A DNA stretch of 63,685 nt, the filler included, from Octopus bimaculoides (Eukaryota): assembly GCF_001194135.2 (NCBI RefSeq). It is 6 parts of 6 records of this genome, joined end to end, with 100 filler letters (N's around TTAATTAATTAA, not from the genome) between each part and the next. Parts side by side here need not be neighbours in the genome. Positions count along the whole stretch, not along the records: positions 26,503 to 35,685 come from NC_069006.1; positions 35,786 to 58,678 come from NC_068983.1; 4 more parts are not named here. One strand, written 5' to 3'. Of this stretch, positions 35,596 through 49,180 are shown one piece after another; the stretch's first letter is position 1, and each line of letters opens with the position of its first letter. The translations under genes and the position numbers were made by a program. A model generated the notes under the pieces. The model was not told the DNA's origin and ran no database searches. It saw nothing but the letters and a program-made list of their open reading frames with translations.

Positions 35596-35685
35596 TAAAA
35601 GAAATGGAAAAACTTTCAAAATACAAAGACCTGGAAATAGAGATAACTCGAATGTGGAATCTAAAAACAGAAACAATTCCTATCA
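35596..35685 (+). mobile_element. Second R4/Dong-type RLE fragment
   Basis: KEMEKLSKYKDLEIEITRMWNLKTETIPI (K..KY..L motif), directly after (AAT)n. Confidence 0.75.
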
Positions 35686-35729
35686 NNNNNNNNNNNNNNN
35701 NNNNNNNNNNNNNNNNNNNNNNNNNNNNN

Positions 35730-35741
35730 TTAATTAATTAA
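35730..35741. other. Artificial scaffold-joining spacer TTAATTAATTAA
   Basis: 44N+12+44N. Confidence 0.95.
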
Positions 35742-35961
35742 NNNNNNNNNNNNNNNNNNNNNNNNNNNNNNNNNNNNNNNNNNNNAGATAGATAAATATA
35801 TAGAAATACTGTTTGCTTGTGTAAAATGTGCGAATTTTCGATATACACCCATTAACTTATTTAAAATAATGTTTGTGTTTGTTTATCCTTCCTCCATTCA
35901 CTGTTATATTATGATGCCCGCAACCTTTCTCAATCTATTACTAATAATGAATATATCTATA

Positions 35962-36016
<55 letters not shown>

Positions 36017-36926
36017 TCTCTCGATATCCTACAAATAGGTAAATTGAAAAACCACTTAGAATAATATGGTATTGGACAACGTAAAGATGACTAAATCAAA
36101 AGTGAAATAGCGAAAGAATTACGATAAATGAAATTTTACAAATGTAATGAGGAATTTAATTAGGCGTAGTCAGTGTTTTGTTTTTTCTAATTACGTCCAA
36201 GCATGGCTGTGTGATTGAAAATTACTATAGAAGTATGTTTTTCATACAGAAAACGAAATCAATTGATTCCGGAAAATGCGCATTCCTTACTTCTGTAGTT
36301 CGTACAAGTAAGCCTATTTCTGTTATGTTTGCTGCGTCCGCACTCTGTATTTTAATAGCAATTTGTGGCTTTAGAGCGATAGCTCTGTTTATAGCAAGAG
36401 ATATTTTAAATGCCCTACTGAAGTTTATTTATATTTTACCTATGAAGGTGTAAACTCGCTAGTCACTTTATTATTATCATTATTATTATCATTAATGGTA
36501 ATGATACCTATTTAACNNNNNNNNNNNNNNNNNNNNNNNNNNNNNNNNNNNNNNNNNNNNNNNNNNNNNNNNNNNNNNNNNNNNNNNNNNNNNNNNNNNN
36601 NNNNNNNNNNNNNNNNNNNNNNNNNNNNNNNNNNNNNNNNNNNNNNNNNNNNNNNNNNNNNNNNNNNNNNNNNNNNNNNNNNNNNNNNNNNNNNNNNNNN
36701 NNNNNNNNNNNNNNNNNNNNNNNNNNNNNNNNNNNNNNNNNNNNNNNNNNNNNNNNNNNNNNNNNNNNNNNNNNNNNNNNNNNNNNNNNNNNNNNNNNNN
36801 NNNNNNNNNNNNNNNTATATATATATATATATACATACATACGTTCATACATACATACATACATACATACATACAAACATACATACATACTTACATACAG
36901 ATATAGAAAATACATACATAGGGCCA

Positions 36927-37226
36927 AAGGTATGTACCGTGATAGAGGTCAGGTGCCCTGCCGATACAAATATCTCTTTGAAAATCACTGAAAAAGAAGA
37001 TATCTATGGACAACTGCTTCGAAATCTCCAGGTTTTATATTCAGACTAGGAATTCATATTCATACTTGTAATAACTGGAGCATTATATTTTGTCAGTAAA
37101 TGCCTAAAGGGGAATCTGGCTGAACTGGGATTTTCAGAAAGAGTAATCGACCGGCTGCTTCGTACATTACAAGTGCAATCTGTGAGAGGAACAGTAAAAA
37201 TATGCATGACTTTTCTCAAGTTCTAA
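36927..37226 (+). mobile_element. RLE-type retrotransposon endonuclease/C-terminus fragment
   Basis: Single frame KVCTVIEVRCPADTNISLKITEKEDIYGQLLRNLQVLYSD*EFIFILVITGALYFVSKCLKGNLAELGFSERVIDRLLRTLQVQSVRGTVKICMTFLKF*; PD-(D/E)xK-type IEV.CP.D...K..EK...Y pattern with one in-frame stop. Confidence 0.7.
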
Positions 37227-39430
37227 ATGTGAATTTGCCTGTGTTAACTACATCCCAGAGATGGAGCCTTGTGTCTTTGTTGGAAACCGGCTTCCTCCTC
37301 AGTGGAAGATGTATAATAATAAAAAAATAGAAGAAACAACACTCACACACATATGAATATATGTATGTGTGTGTGTGCATGTATGTATCTGTATGCATGA
37401 CTGCTTACTTCTACTTAAAGCTCGTGGTTTAGTGATTAGACAAACATCTGTCAATGAAATAACAGACTTAGCATTGGTGTCAAAGTGACCGTCAAAGCAG
37501 ATCCCCTTAAATGCTATCTATCAGTATGGGATAAAGCCCAAGCGAATAAATGAGTTGGTTTCCACAGCAGTCTTTATGTTAATTGTTACATTATTCGTAT
37601 ACTTGTTAAAGCATTGCAATTATTTTGCAATATTTACTAACGATGCTTGCTTTTCCATTTTGTTTTTTCACAGATTAACTCTTGTCGAGCATGCGTATAA
37701 TGAAAATCGTTCTATCAATGACTATAAATCCTGTAATTTCATTCATTAGTCAGTTAAGAAGTAGCAGATGATTTGACTGGAAGCATCAACTACCTTTAGA
37801 ATGCTGAACTATCTTGCAGAGGCTGTTTTTTAAGTTGTATGATCTGCGTTGTTGATACGCGCTGCTACTTTTTCTCCATTGTTTTCAGAATGTTAATTTA
37901 GTTTAACAAACTTGAAGATGTAAATGCTTTTATATGATTTAAGATGAATGTTCAACTGTCTTGACACTGTTAATTTTCTCGTAACCTGCGTACTGGCCTT
38001 TGCTCATGTACAATGTCTGTAATAAATAATCTGAAATGTATCTAAGTAGTGTGCTATGATATTCTACCGTCTTTTCCACGATTCATGTCGTCATCGGAGA
38101 TGTGCCACGTTGAGACTACGTTCTAAAATGTGCAAATGCATATCATGGAGTACTCAATTTGCTACTATAAGGCAACGATACGCTAAAAATTGCTGCATGG
38201 CTCACAACGTTACAAACAAGATAATTTCTTATGGAACTTTACGAACGTAAAATTTGTGTAGATAAAATCAAAACATATTACAATCAACCGCGAGCAACAG
38301 AGTCATATGTCTTACTTCAATGACATTTTTATATGTTTCCTGAGCTTTCACCGCCTTCCTGTTATGTTAGTTTCTGCTTAAAATTCAACTGGTGAACCCT
38401 GTCGACAACAGCTCAAACTAGATTTCAAATATATAATGAAGAATAATTTATGTAAGGAAAGCAAAGAAAAGCAACAAAAAATATTCATAAACTTCAACAC
38501 TCGAAACTAACTTCAGAAGATGACCTGGAGGCGGATGTGCTGTCATCCCAACTGATTCATAATCTAAATGGCAGTCGAACTGCAAATGAAACTGCAACTC
38601 TTGGGCTAAGCTATGAGCGAAATGTTTCATAGCAATGTTGTTTCAAATAAAATAAAATGAAGGAAAAAAAACATAATCTCAGGAAACCACTGGACTTAAT
38701 ATAAATGATTCTCTAACATCTACTATTTGATGTATGTTGGCTTCGGTGAACTCATCCTTATCATTGATTTGCCGTAAATCTTTCCTATTTCTAAACCTTG
38801 TTGCCTTTATTAGCTGCTTGGATGAAGCTATCTTATCGATTTCTATTTTATTTCTTTTTCTACATTCAGCAGAGTTAATTTGTTCGTTGTAAGTGACTGT
38901 TAATCTTATTTCTATTACTTATGCATCAACTAGTCTTTTGTTCTTTCTTATATAGGTCTTCGTAGATTTTCTAATACTTCTCACATTGAGAAAGGTTTCT
39001 CCTTGTAGATCACGCCACGTGTTTACAGATATGTCAGTCAATATACAACTCACTTTGATCTACATTTCTTATTCTAACAAGGAATTTTTCCATTATTGTC
39101 TTTTAGCCAGAAGGTGAAATTTAAAATGACACCTGCACAAATCAAGATATTCCAGTCCACTTGATGGGATTTATATATAACCTTTTCAGAATCCGTTATC
39201 TCTCATAGCCACAAGGCAGCACAGATTTATACAGAAAAACCAATTGTCACTATCATCTTTCGACTGCGAAGAGATGAATGATAAAATCGTCAGAGATGGG
39301 ATTAGAACACCTACCATAAAATAAAATTCGTAATTATTGCAAAGCAACTTGGCAGGCGAGCTATACATTATTTTCTTTCTTTTGTTTTTGCATATTTCGA
39401 AAAAAATATGATGAAGCAGCAGTAACAATG

Positions 39431-39478
<48 letters not shown>

Positions 39479-39921
39479 AGGTGATGGGGATGAAGTGGTA
39501 GTGACGCTGCGGTTGATGGTGATGATGATAATGATAATAATATACATGAGAAGCAATAAATAATGTAAGTGAATGTGTCTCTTAGAATAGCTGTTGCTAT
39601 TCATTGATTTAGCTTAAGTCAGTTAATCAGCGTGTCACTTAATCAAACATATCGAGCAAAACAATCAATCAATCAATCAATCAATTAATCAATGAATCAA
39701 CAATCAAACAAGGAACTGACTCAATTTTTTTTTCATAAAGGCATCTAAGGATCAAACAAAGCAAAGATTAATTGGTTGATATTTGCGCATTAATATAAAA
39801 GCATTGGCAGCTATATTTCCTGCAATATTCCCTTCCCTCGCTAAGCAGAAATGTCAAAAATCAGTTACATCATCTCCTGTGTGTGTGTGTATATATGTGT
39901 ATGTATGTGTATGTGTGTGTG

Positions 39922-39955
<34 letters not shown>

Positions 39956-40379
39956 ATAAATAATATATAATATATAGGTACAGGACGTCACCAGCGGTAC
40001 AAATAACATGAAATGCGTAAGGATAAAGAGAGAGAGAATTAGGGAGGGAGAGAGGGAATTAGGGAGGGAGAGAGAGAATGACACAATGAGGGACTAAGAA
40101 AGGGAGTGAGGAAGGGAGAGGAGAAAGGGAGAGAGGGTGAATAACAGAGAGAGAGAGAGGGAGACAGGGAGAGAGAGAACATACGTGTAACTGTAAGTGT
40201 GAGATATGTACGCGTGTGTGTAAAAGAGAGAGAGGGGGGAGAGAATATACATGTAATTGTACGCGTGGGTGTAAGAGCCATATATATATATATATATANN
40301 NNNNNNNNNNNNNNNNNNNNNNNNNNNNNNNNNNNNNNNNNNNNNNNNNNNNNNNNNNNNNNNNNNNNNNNNNNNNATA

Positions 40380-40620
40380 AGTTCAAAAAAACACCAAGAA
40401 CAATAACAAAAAAACAACAAAGTGAGGACGTGATATGGATTGGACGCTCGAGAAAGGAAGGAGAGAGAGTATGACGTTTCGGGCGGAGTCCTTTGTCGGA
40501 AAGACAGAAAGTTCGGAGAATGGAAAAACGGAGGAAGAGGAAAATGGCACCGATGCCCACGAGGTTACCTTGTGAAAGGACCGGAAGAGGAGGTGGTGGT
40601 GGAAAAGTTCTTTCTAAGGC
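40380..40620 (-). mobile_element. Penelope-type terminal fragment with degenerate hammerhead-like motif
   Basis: Minus strand CCGACAA-AGGACTCCGCCC-GAAAC-GTC at about 40483-40510, followed by a pyrimidine-rich tail. Confidence 0.45.
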
Positions 40621-40719
40621 AGGAGAGTGAAAAAGGGAGGTGAATATCTGTGCGTGCGCTAGAGTCTGCGAGTGTGTGTGTGATAACAGAACGTGTGTGT
40701 GCGTATGTATGTGTGCGTG

Positions 40720-40785
<66 letters not shown>

Positions 40786-43005
40786 ATAAACTTCAGTTGT
40801 ACTGAAAGTGCATGAATTATAATGTGAGAGAGAAGAGAAAACAGACTTCACAAACGAGCGAGTTGAATGGAAAGAGCAACGGTATAGCCAAAATGTAAAG
40901 GAGTTCGTTTCGGAGTTAGGCACGATGCGAAATCTTCTGTCAGTCGTTTTACACTAATCTCGTGTTCACCCAAGTGAGTATAATAGGATTGACTGAAACT
41001 GAACAGAGGTATATCAAAGGGACTGTAGTTGAACAAAGGTAGCTGTTGAGATCATGACCTGGTTCATCACCCTCAATATGAACAATTGCTATGAAGGCAA
41101 AGTGCAAAAAGCTTTAATAGAAAGCTTTAAAAGTTTTAATTTCAGAATTGTCTTCAGAGGTAACATAAGCATTGTAAACGTCTTCTAAGCGCCGGTAAAT
41201 ACGACCATAAAAACGTCTTGCTCCACTATCTTACATCAACAGATATTCCAACCTCTAGAGAGCAACTTAAAACACTAATAGGAACCTTATGAGATTAGTA
41301 ACTACACAGGTACGTGTATGTGTATAAACGTATATACCTGTCAGTAGATAGGCACAGAGACACACATATTTAGTTATATATTCATAACATATACAGAGAT
41401 AAATGAGAATGCACAACTAAACAAACACACACACATGCTTACACGTGTGTCTTGGCGTGTAGCCTCTCAGTAGTTCATACGTGTTTAAAATGTTAATTTC
41501 AAGATTTTACAGTTATTTTTATTTGGTTCCACTATGTGCACGCAAGCTTGTGTAATGCGTGTATGCATGTGTGAGTTTGNNNNNNNNNNGTAATGCGTGT
41601 ATGCATGTGTGAGTTTGTGTGTGTGTGTGTGTGTGTGCGTGTGTGCGTGTGTGTGTGTATGTGCGAGTGTGTGTGTATTTATGCGTATGTATGTATTTAT
41701 GCGCATGTGTTTTTAGTAATGCGGTAACATCTGATAATGAATATGATGGCTTTATATTCACCGTCACATAAGAATTTTGTATAACCAATTACAATATTTT
41801 CCAGCGAAAATTATTTATAGATGTGTCTAAATTAAATTATTCCAATGGGCAGCAGTCTCACAATCGGCTGTGCAATTTCATTTTAATTACGAACCGTAAG
41901 TGACGCCATTCCAAAGCAACATTCAATTCGATATAAATTACATGAATTATGATGCAAATTTAAAAATATTATATGCCTGCCAATGAATTGGCTAAACACA
42001 CACACACACACACACACACANNNNNNNNNNNNNNNNNNNNNNNNNNNNNNNNNNNNNNNNNNNNNNNNNNNNNNNNNNNNNNNNNNNNNNNNNNNNNNNN
42101 NNNNNNNNNNNNNNNNNNNNNNNNNNNNNNNNNNNNNNNNNNNNNNNNNNNNNNNNNNNNNNNNNNNNNNNNNNNNNNNNNNNNNNNNNNNNNNNNNNNN
42201 NNNNNNNNNNNNNNNNNNNNNNNNNNNNNNNNNNNNNNNNNNNNNNNNNNNNNNNNNNNNNNNNNNNNNNNNNNNNNNNNNNNNNNNNNNNNNNNNNNNN
42301 NNNNNNNNNNNNNNNNNNNNNNNNNNNNNNNNNNNNNNNNNNNNNNNNNNNNNNNNNNNNNNNNNNNNNNNNNNNNNNNNNNNNNNNNNNNNNNNNNNNN
42401 NNNNNNNNNNNNNNNNNNNNNNNNNNNNNNNNNNNNNNNNNNNNNNNNNNNNNNNNNNNNNNNNNNNNNNNNNNNNNNNNNNNNNNNNNNNNNNNNNNNN
42501 NNNNNNNNNNNNNNNNNNNNNNNNNNNNNNNNNNNNNNNNNNNNNNNNNNNNNNNNNNNNNNNNNNNNNNNNNATATGTATGTATGTATGTATGTATGTA
42601 TTTGGTGATTGTTTATGCATATCGATACGATTAGAATGTTCTTAGAACTCAATATACTGTTGCCTTAAAGTAAAGCGTCAGTGATGTAAAAGCGTAGCAT
42701 GAAGTAATGGATCAGAAACTGACAAAATCACAGGAATTACGTAATCACTTTCATGACTGATTTTGAAAGCTCATTGCCCTTGCGCCAACTAACAACTTCC
42801 TCGGAGCCACTCAATTGACGTTTATGTTTATTGCGGCAATCATTTAAAGATATAGATTTGGTTATATGCAGAACGAGATATATATTATGCATGCATGTAT
42901 ATATGCATATATGCATGCATGTATGCATGCATGTATGTATGTATATACGAATGTATGTACGTATGTATGTACGTACGTATGTATACGTACATATAAGTAT
43001 GTTTG

Positions 43006-43066
<61 letters not shown>

Positions 43067-43465
43067 NNNNNNNNNNNNNNNNNNNNNNNNNNNNNNNNNN
43101 NNNNNNNNNNNNNNNNNNNNNNNNNNNNNNNNNNNNNNNNNNNNNNNNNNNNNNNNNNNNNNNNNNNNNNNNNNNNNNNNNNNNNNNNNNNNNNNNNNNN
43201 NNNNNNNNNNNNNNNNNNNNNNNNNNNNNNNNNNNNNNNNNNNNNNNNNNNNNNNNNNNNNNNNNNNNNNNNNNNNNNNNNNNNNNNNNNNNNNNNNNNN
43301 NNNNNNNNNNNNNNNNNNNNNNNNNNNTATTACCATTATGCATATGCACATGTGTGCGAACGTGTTTCTATATACATAAAAAATACACACACACAAACAA
43401 GTGTGTGTGTGAATGTGTGCCCTTGTGTGTGTGTGTGTTTGTGCCATGCAAGTGTGTGCATGTGT

Positions 43466-45387
43466 GCTGACAAGGAAAAGATATTAGGGAGATGGGCTGA
43501 ACAGTTTGACAGTGTTCTGAATAGGCTATCCACCATCAATGGTGAAGCCATCGATATGGTACCTAAAGTCCCCGTTGAAGAGTCAATGGACGTGGAACCA
43601 ACTTTGGAGGAAATTCAGAAAGCATGCCGTCTACTGTCCTGTAGCAAAGCACCTGGTCATCCCAGCTGAAGTATGCAAAGAAGGCGGTATGACCCTGACC
43701 AAGAAATATTTACCAGCTGTTTCAGCTCATGTGGATGCACGAGACATTGCCTCAAGTCTTCAAGGACGCCTCCATCATCTACCTCTACAAGCGCAATGGA
43801 AACCACCAGGTTTTGCGACAACCATCGCGGAATTTCATTGCTGTCCATCACAAGCAAGATCATGGCTAGAATTTTGCTCAACCGCCTCATTGCACACCTA
43901 GAGCAGGGTCTCCTTCCTGAGAGCCAGTGTGATTTCCGGAAAGATCAAGGGACTATCCACATGGTGTTTGCTGCTGGACTGCTGCAGGAGAAGTGTCGGG
44001 GGAAGAACGTCGACCTCTACTCCACCTACATCGAACTGACCAAGACCTTTGATACCGTTAGAAGAGAAGGTCTTTGGAAAATCTTGGCGAAGTATGGATG
44101 CCTCAGGAAATTCATCACCATCGTAAGACAACTGCACGATGGCATGTTGGGAAGGGTACAGGACAACGGAGAGACATCTGATCCATTCCTTGTCTGTAAC
44201 TGAGTGAAACAAGGATGTGTCCTTGCTCCCACATTGTTCAACCTTACGTTCTCAGCCATGATAACAGATGCTTTCAGGGACACAGTCATAGGCATCGGCA
44301 TCAAGTACCTGTCCGACGGTTCAGTCTTTAACCTCGTGAGGCTCAAAGCGAAAACTGAGGTCCCAGTAGACACCGTCAACGACCCCCTGTTTGCCGATGA
44401 CTGCGCTCTCAATGCTGTCACTGAGTCCAACATGCAGCACAGCGTTGACTTGTTCTCTGGAGCCTGCAACAACTTTGGCCTTGCTATCAATACAAAAAAG
44501 ACTGAGGTAATGTATCATCCAGCTCCAACGAAGTCCTACGTTGAACCCAACATCACCATCAATGGGCAGCGACTTAACGCAGTGGACAAGTTCACCTACC
44601 TTGGCAGCACACTCTCTAGAAATGGTGTCGTCAATGACGAAATCAACACCAGACTCTCCAAGGCAAGCGCTGATTTCGGCAGGCTAAGCAAGACTGTCTG
44701 AAACAGGAGGTGGGGTTCACCATCATGACAAAGATCAAGGTGAACCGGGCTGTTCTCACAACGCTGCTTTACGGCTGCGTGTCCTGGACGGTTCACCTGC
44801 GTCATGCCAGGAAGCTGAACCACTTTCATACAATAGGCCTCGGAAAACGTATCGGTATAAAGTGGCAGGATAGGATCCCGGACACCGAGGTACTAATACG
44901 TGCTAACCTGCCCAGCATCCATACCATCTTGATGCAGTCCCAGCTTCGATGGGCAGGGAGCATAGCTCGCATGTCAGCCGATCGATTATCAAAATGTATG
45001 CTCGTTGGCGAGCTGCAAAAGGGAAAGCGCTCACAAGGCGGCCAGAAGAAGCGCTTTAAGGACACACTGAAAGCGTCACTGAAAGCCTTCAACATCGACT
45101 ATGACATTTGGGAGCAGTCTGCTCTAGACAGAGAAATGTGGCGATGAGCTGTTCACAAGGGTGCCAACACATGCGAGACAAATAGGATCGCTGCTGCAGC
45201 AGACCGCAGACAAGCCAAGAAGAACAGAGCTAACAACCCTGTAGCTGGCGCTACCATTCCCATGTCCACACTGTCAAAGATTCTTTCAGGCTCAGATTGG
45301 CCTCACTAGCCATATGCGGCCTCACAAAGCAAGCCCAACCCCACCCCAGAATGACTAAGTGGTCTTCGTCGCATCAACGGACAAACT
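43466..45387 (+). mobile_element. 5'-truncated RTE (BovB-like) LINE, RT through 3' end, inactivated
   Basis: ADKEKILGRWAEQF...KAPG; NHRGISLLSITSKIMARILLNRL...PESQCDFRK; *VKQGCVLAPTLF; LFADDCAL; FTYLGSTLS; QLRWAGSIARM; GGQKKRFKDTLK; terminal C2H2 finger CPHCQRFFQAQIGLTSHMRPH; 3' tail GTGGTCTTCGTCG. Stop at 44201-44203 plus frameshifts. Confidence 0.96.
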
Positions 45388-45689
45388 ACGTCAGCATCAG
45401 CATGTGTGCCCGGGTATTATGTATGTATGTATGTATGTATGTATGTACGTACGTATGCATATATGTATGTAGCGTAAAGCAAAATAAAAATGTCAAATCT
45501 AATTCTGAATAAATTGTTGGTTTGTGGGTCACAGTAAGTGAAAGTGCTAATTACATTTCTGATATTAACTTCTCCTTTTGTAATGTAAGAGCTACAAGGG
45601 CCTGAAAACATCGCAAAGCGCTTCACAAATTTCCTTCACTGTTTGTAAAGGCTCCCCCACTTTGTTTATTTATATTTAACTTAAGAAGT

Positions 45690-45828
45690 CGAGTTCAAAG
45701 GCCGACCTGATCAACTTTGCCTTTTATCTTTTCGGTGTCAGCAAAATAACTACCAGCTAAACACGGAGGACAATATTATCGACTAATTCCCCAAATTTCA
45801 GGCCATGTGCCTATAGTAGAAAAGAATT
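45690..45828 (+). mobile_element. SINE family B 3' part, diverged
   Basis: GAGTTCAAA...CAACTTTGCCTTTTATCTTTTCGGTGTC...AATTTCAGGCCATGTGCCTATAGTAGAAAAGAATT. Confidence 0.65.
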
Positions 45829-45902
45829 TCTAATTTATGATCTCTTGTGTTCGAAAATATTGTGTGTATGAAAGAATTTATGTGTGCACATGTACACACA
45901 CA

Positions 45903-45967
<65 letters not shown>

Positions 45968-46934
45968 ACACACATACACATTTTAAATGTCATGAACTTT
46001 AACCAAAAATCGAAATGACAACAGAGGAACCAGAGGCACCATCAATATTCCATTAATTTTGCACTTAAAAGAGGGATGGGTGAAAGAGACAGTATTTAGT
46101 ACGTTAGTGCTACAGCAGAAGAAATGTATAGAGGAATTAGAAAGAATAATGGTTAAGATGAAGGAAAAGTAAGAAATGAATGACGATGCGATAGGGTTCA
46201 GCAGCCATTTTATAAATGCCGAAGGGAGTTAAGAACGGTAGAGGAACGTGTATCTGAGTGTACACATTATTATGTAAAGGAGTTTCGATATTCGTATAAT
46301 GAGTTATATGTCTGGTTTGTAAAGAGTGTGTTTATATGTAAATGTGTGAAAGTGTCGAAATGATATGGCATAGGCTATTGCAGGTGTGAGTTGTTGGTTT
46401 GTGCATATAACTGCATTGAGTATGTGAAAGTTTGGGAATGATTAAATGTGTGAGGTAAAAGGGAAGGCAAAAAGAGTATTAAGGTTGTAATAGAAGTGTG
46501 TGTTTCTGAGTATGTATGAGTATGAATCGGTGTGTCAAGGAAGGAAGACATATTGAATGAACGGCATGTGGGAAAATATGTGCACACAATTGGTAGGTCT
46601 CTGCAGGACTTTTCAACCAAATCTCCTATACAAAGGTCGGTATGCTCATGAACAAGATGCTTTGCAATGGAAGTGACCATGTAGCTGCGTAGTGAATCTC
46701 TTCACTATACACATTTTTGTGCCTGCATATATTCATATGTGTGTATTTCAGACGGAAGTACTTTGTACGTGCTTCTGCTTAATCTTGTATGTGCTTTCAG
46801 TTAAGTTCAGACTGTATGTGTATATCTATGTGTGTGTATGTAAGCGTGTATGTGCGTGTACGTTATGTGTCTGTTTGTGTGTATGCACGCGCATGTGTAT
46901 CTGTTTGTGTGCATGTACGAGCATGTGTGTGTGC

Positions 46935-46968
<34 letters not shown>

Positions 46969-48299
46969 TTGTGCATACGTATGCTCACGTATTCACAGGA
47001 TTGTTTCTATGAGTTTGCTGTTGTGCTTTTCGGTGCGTTTTATGTTTCTCTGAGTAGAATTCATTGTGTTTGTGCAAGTGTGAACGTATTTATGAGCTTC
47101 TTTATAACAAGTCACTGAAACACAGCTGTATTTACATTCACTTACTCAAACATACATAGTATTTACTATTAATATCTTTTGCCATATAAAAAATCGGCGA
47201 CACTTGAAATGTAAACTTCATTTACCTTTGAACATGTCTGGAATGATTTCAAATTAGTAGAATCTTTATTTATATCATGAATATGAACATTAATTCTTTC
47301 TTTTCTGACTGTCTTATTCAACTATGAATTGTTTTGCCCATTATAAAAAAATAGAGTGTTAATATGTGGTGACATATTTTCTTTCCTTTCACGAAATAAT
47401 TCGATGCATAACAGAATAAACAACAGAACAGGTGCGCATAATGTAAATATATTTTATGAGTCCCATTCAGCATGTGATTATTTGTGCTTTCCGATGCATT
47501 TATCGTCTAGAGAAAAAATTATAAAATGCAAACCTATCAGTAATTGTTATCGCGGATGAGAGGCAGAACAAAACCGCCTGGAGATGTCTACGAAAACCAA
47601 TTAATTTTCAAGTACCTTGAAATTCCTGAACCATTAACTACTTCTCAACTTTCATGCATCAATCAGTTTGTTAGACACACATAGACATATATGTATATGC
47701 ACACACACTCACATACACACACACACAGAAACCCACACTCATACACACAAATATACTGATTCGACCATTATGTTGAATTAATAAACAGTGCTCAATACAT
47801 GCTGTAGAGCATATGGCTTACTGAAACTAAATATTCACATTGTGACCTGAGTTCTAGTTAATTATATAGGCTTGAAGCCTTGTGAGTAACTCTGAGAGAA
47901 GGCACTTGAAAGAAATGTGTGCATGTGTATGTGTGAGCGTGTGTGTGTATATGCATATTTATGTTTGTGTGTGTTGTCTGTGTCTATCTTTGTCCCGCAC
48001 TTCAACTTGTCAAACGAAGTCAGTGCCTCCATGTACTCCTGAACCAGAAGTGCGGCCCCAAAATATGAACGAATAATTAACAGTGTAAGCGACTATTTGT
48101 TCGACGACAACACTTCATGACGAAGCTCTAGCATATACTCAGTCTAAAAGCAGAAATGAAAGACATTAAATGACACGCATAATACACGCGCGCGCGCACA
48201 CACACGTACACTTTAATTCTTTTACTCTTTTATGGTTAAGCCCAAAGCTTATGGCCTAACTGGGGCACCACCAGTCAAATAACTTTTTCAATGGCCAAT

Positions 48300-48545
48300 C
48301 TTATGTTATTGGTTTTCAGTGAAGGAGACAGTTCGACACTGCTGCCTTCCTCTGGATTTCTTGCCTTGATATTGGTTCATCGGGACATTGGGCAGCAGTA
48401 GGTCAATGTGTTTCTTGAAAACACCTACCCGCACTCCATTGATATCCCTCAGACGTTTTGGCAAGGCATCAAATATTTGTGGGCCCTTAAATCCCAAACT
48501 TTTGCAATATATGGTACTCATTTTAGAAGTGAGAGCTCGGACCTT
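48300..48545 (-). mobile_element. CR1/L2-group LINE ORF2 3' end fragment
   Basis: SLGFKGPQIFDALPKRLRDINGVRVGVFKKHIDLLLPNVP, matching the S..F.GP.LFN.LP..LR......FK..LD..L..VP C-terminal pattern. Confidence 0.7.
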
Positions 48546-48876
48546 AGATACATATATACATACACACATACACACACACACGCACATACATATATAGTAG
48601 TATTAGTCTCGAGAGGCCATGGATCTGCGCTGATAATGGAGCAACGTTAGTTGTGACAGTACAGGTCCACACGGTAGTGGTAGTCAGGCACACAGCGACT
48701 GTATTTGTAGAAGCTCTCTGCCGGTGCGGCTAATTTTTCTTTCCATCGAGTGAGTTTTTCTTTGATGGACAGTATCTGTTTTTCTTCCTCTCTCTTTATT
48801 CCCTCCCGCAGTATTTGTTTCTAGTTTGGGGGATCATTTGCAATTTACCCCAAAGTATAAAAAGAGAAGACATACA

Positions 48877-48907
<31 letters not shown>

Positions 48908-49180
48908 TATATATAGACACATTTATCACATTGCTACATATACATACATATATACATGGAAATACAGATGTAAACATATATACATATATAGAAATATGGT
49001 TATGTTTTATTCCGTTAGAAACATGGTAGAATACAGTGGAAATTTCGTTCACCTTCAGAATTACCCACTACTATCGATAGTATTGTTATATACTTCCAAG
49101 TTTAGATTTGGGCATTCCTTGTGTGTGAATAAATAATTGAAGACATTGGAGTCAGGAAGAAGTACGGTTGGGTATTAATT

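Noticed and set aside
36250-36307. 58-nt AG..GT-bounded candidate exon (KTKSIDSGKCAFLTSVVRT)
   Set aside because: No recognisable homology, and its phase gives an immediate stop if joined to the 37674 acceptor; such sites arise by chance in AT-rich DNA.
36940-36990. Apparent minus-strand mini-exon (DFQRDICIGRAPDLYH)
   Set aside because: Better explained as the antisense of the plus-strand RLE retrotransposon frame 36927-37226.
41550-41620. Short tandem duplication around a 10-N gap
   Set aside because: Same assembly-overlap artefact.
46375-46680. 101-aa minus ORF MVTSIAKHLVHEHTDLCIG...
   Set aside because: No motif recognised, it runs into CA-repeat translation, and there are no supporting splice signals.
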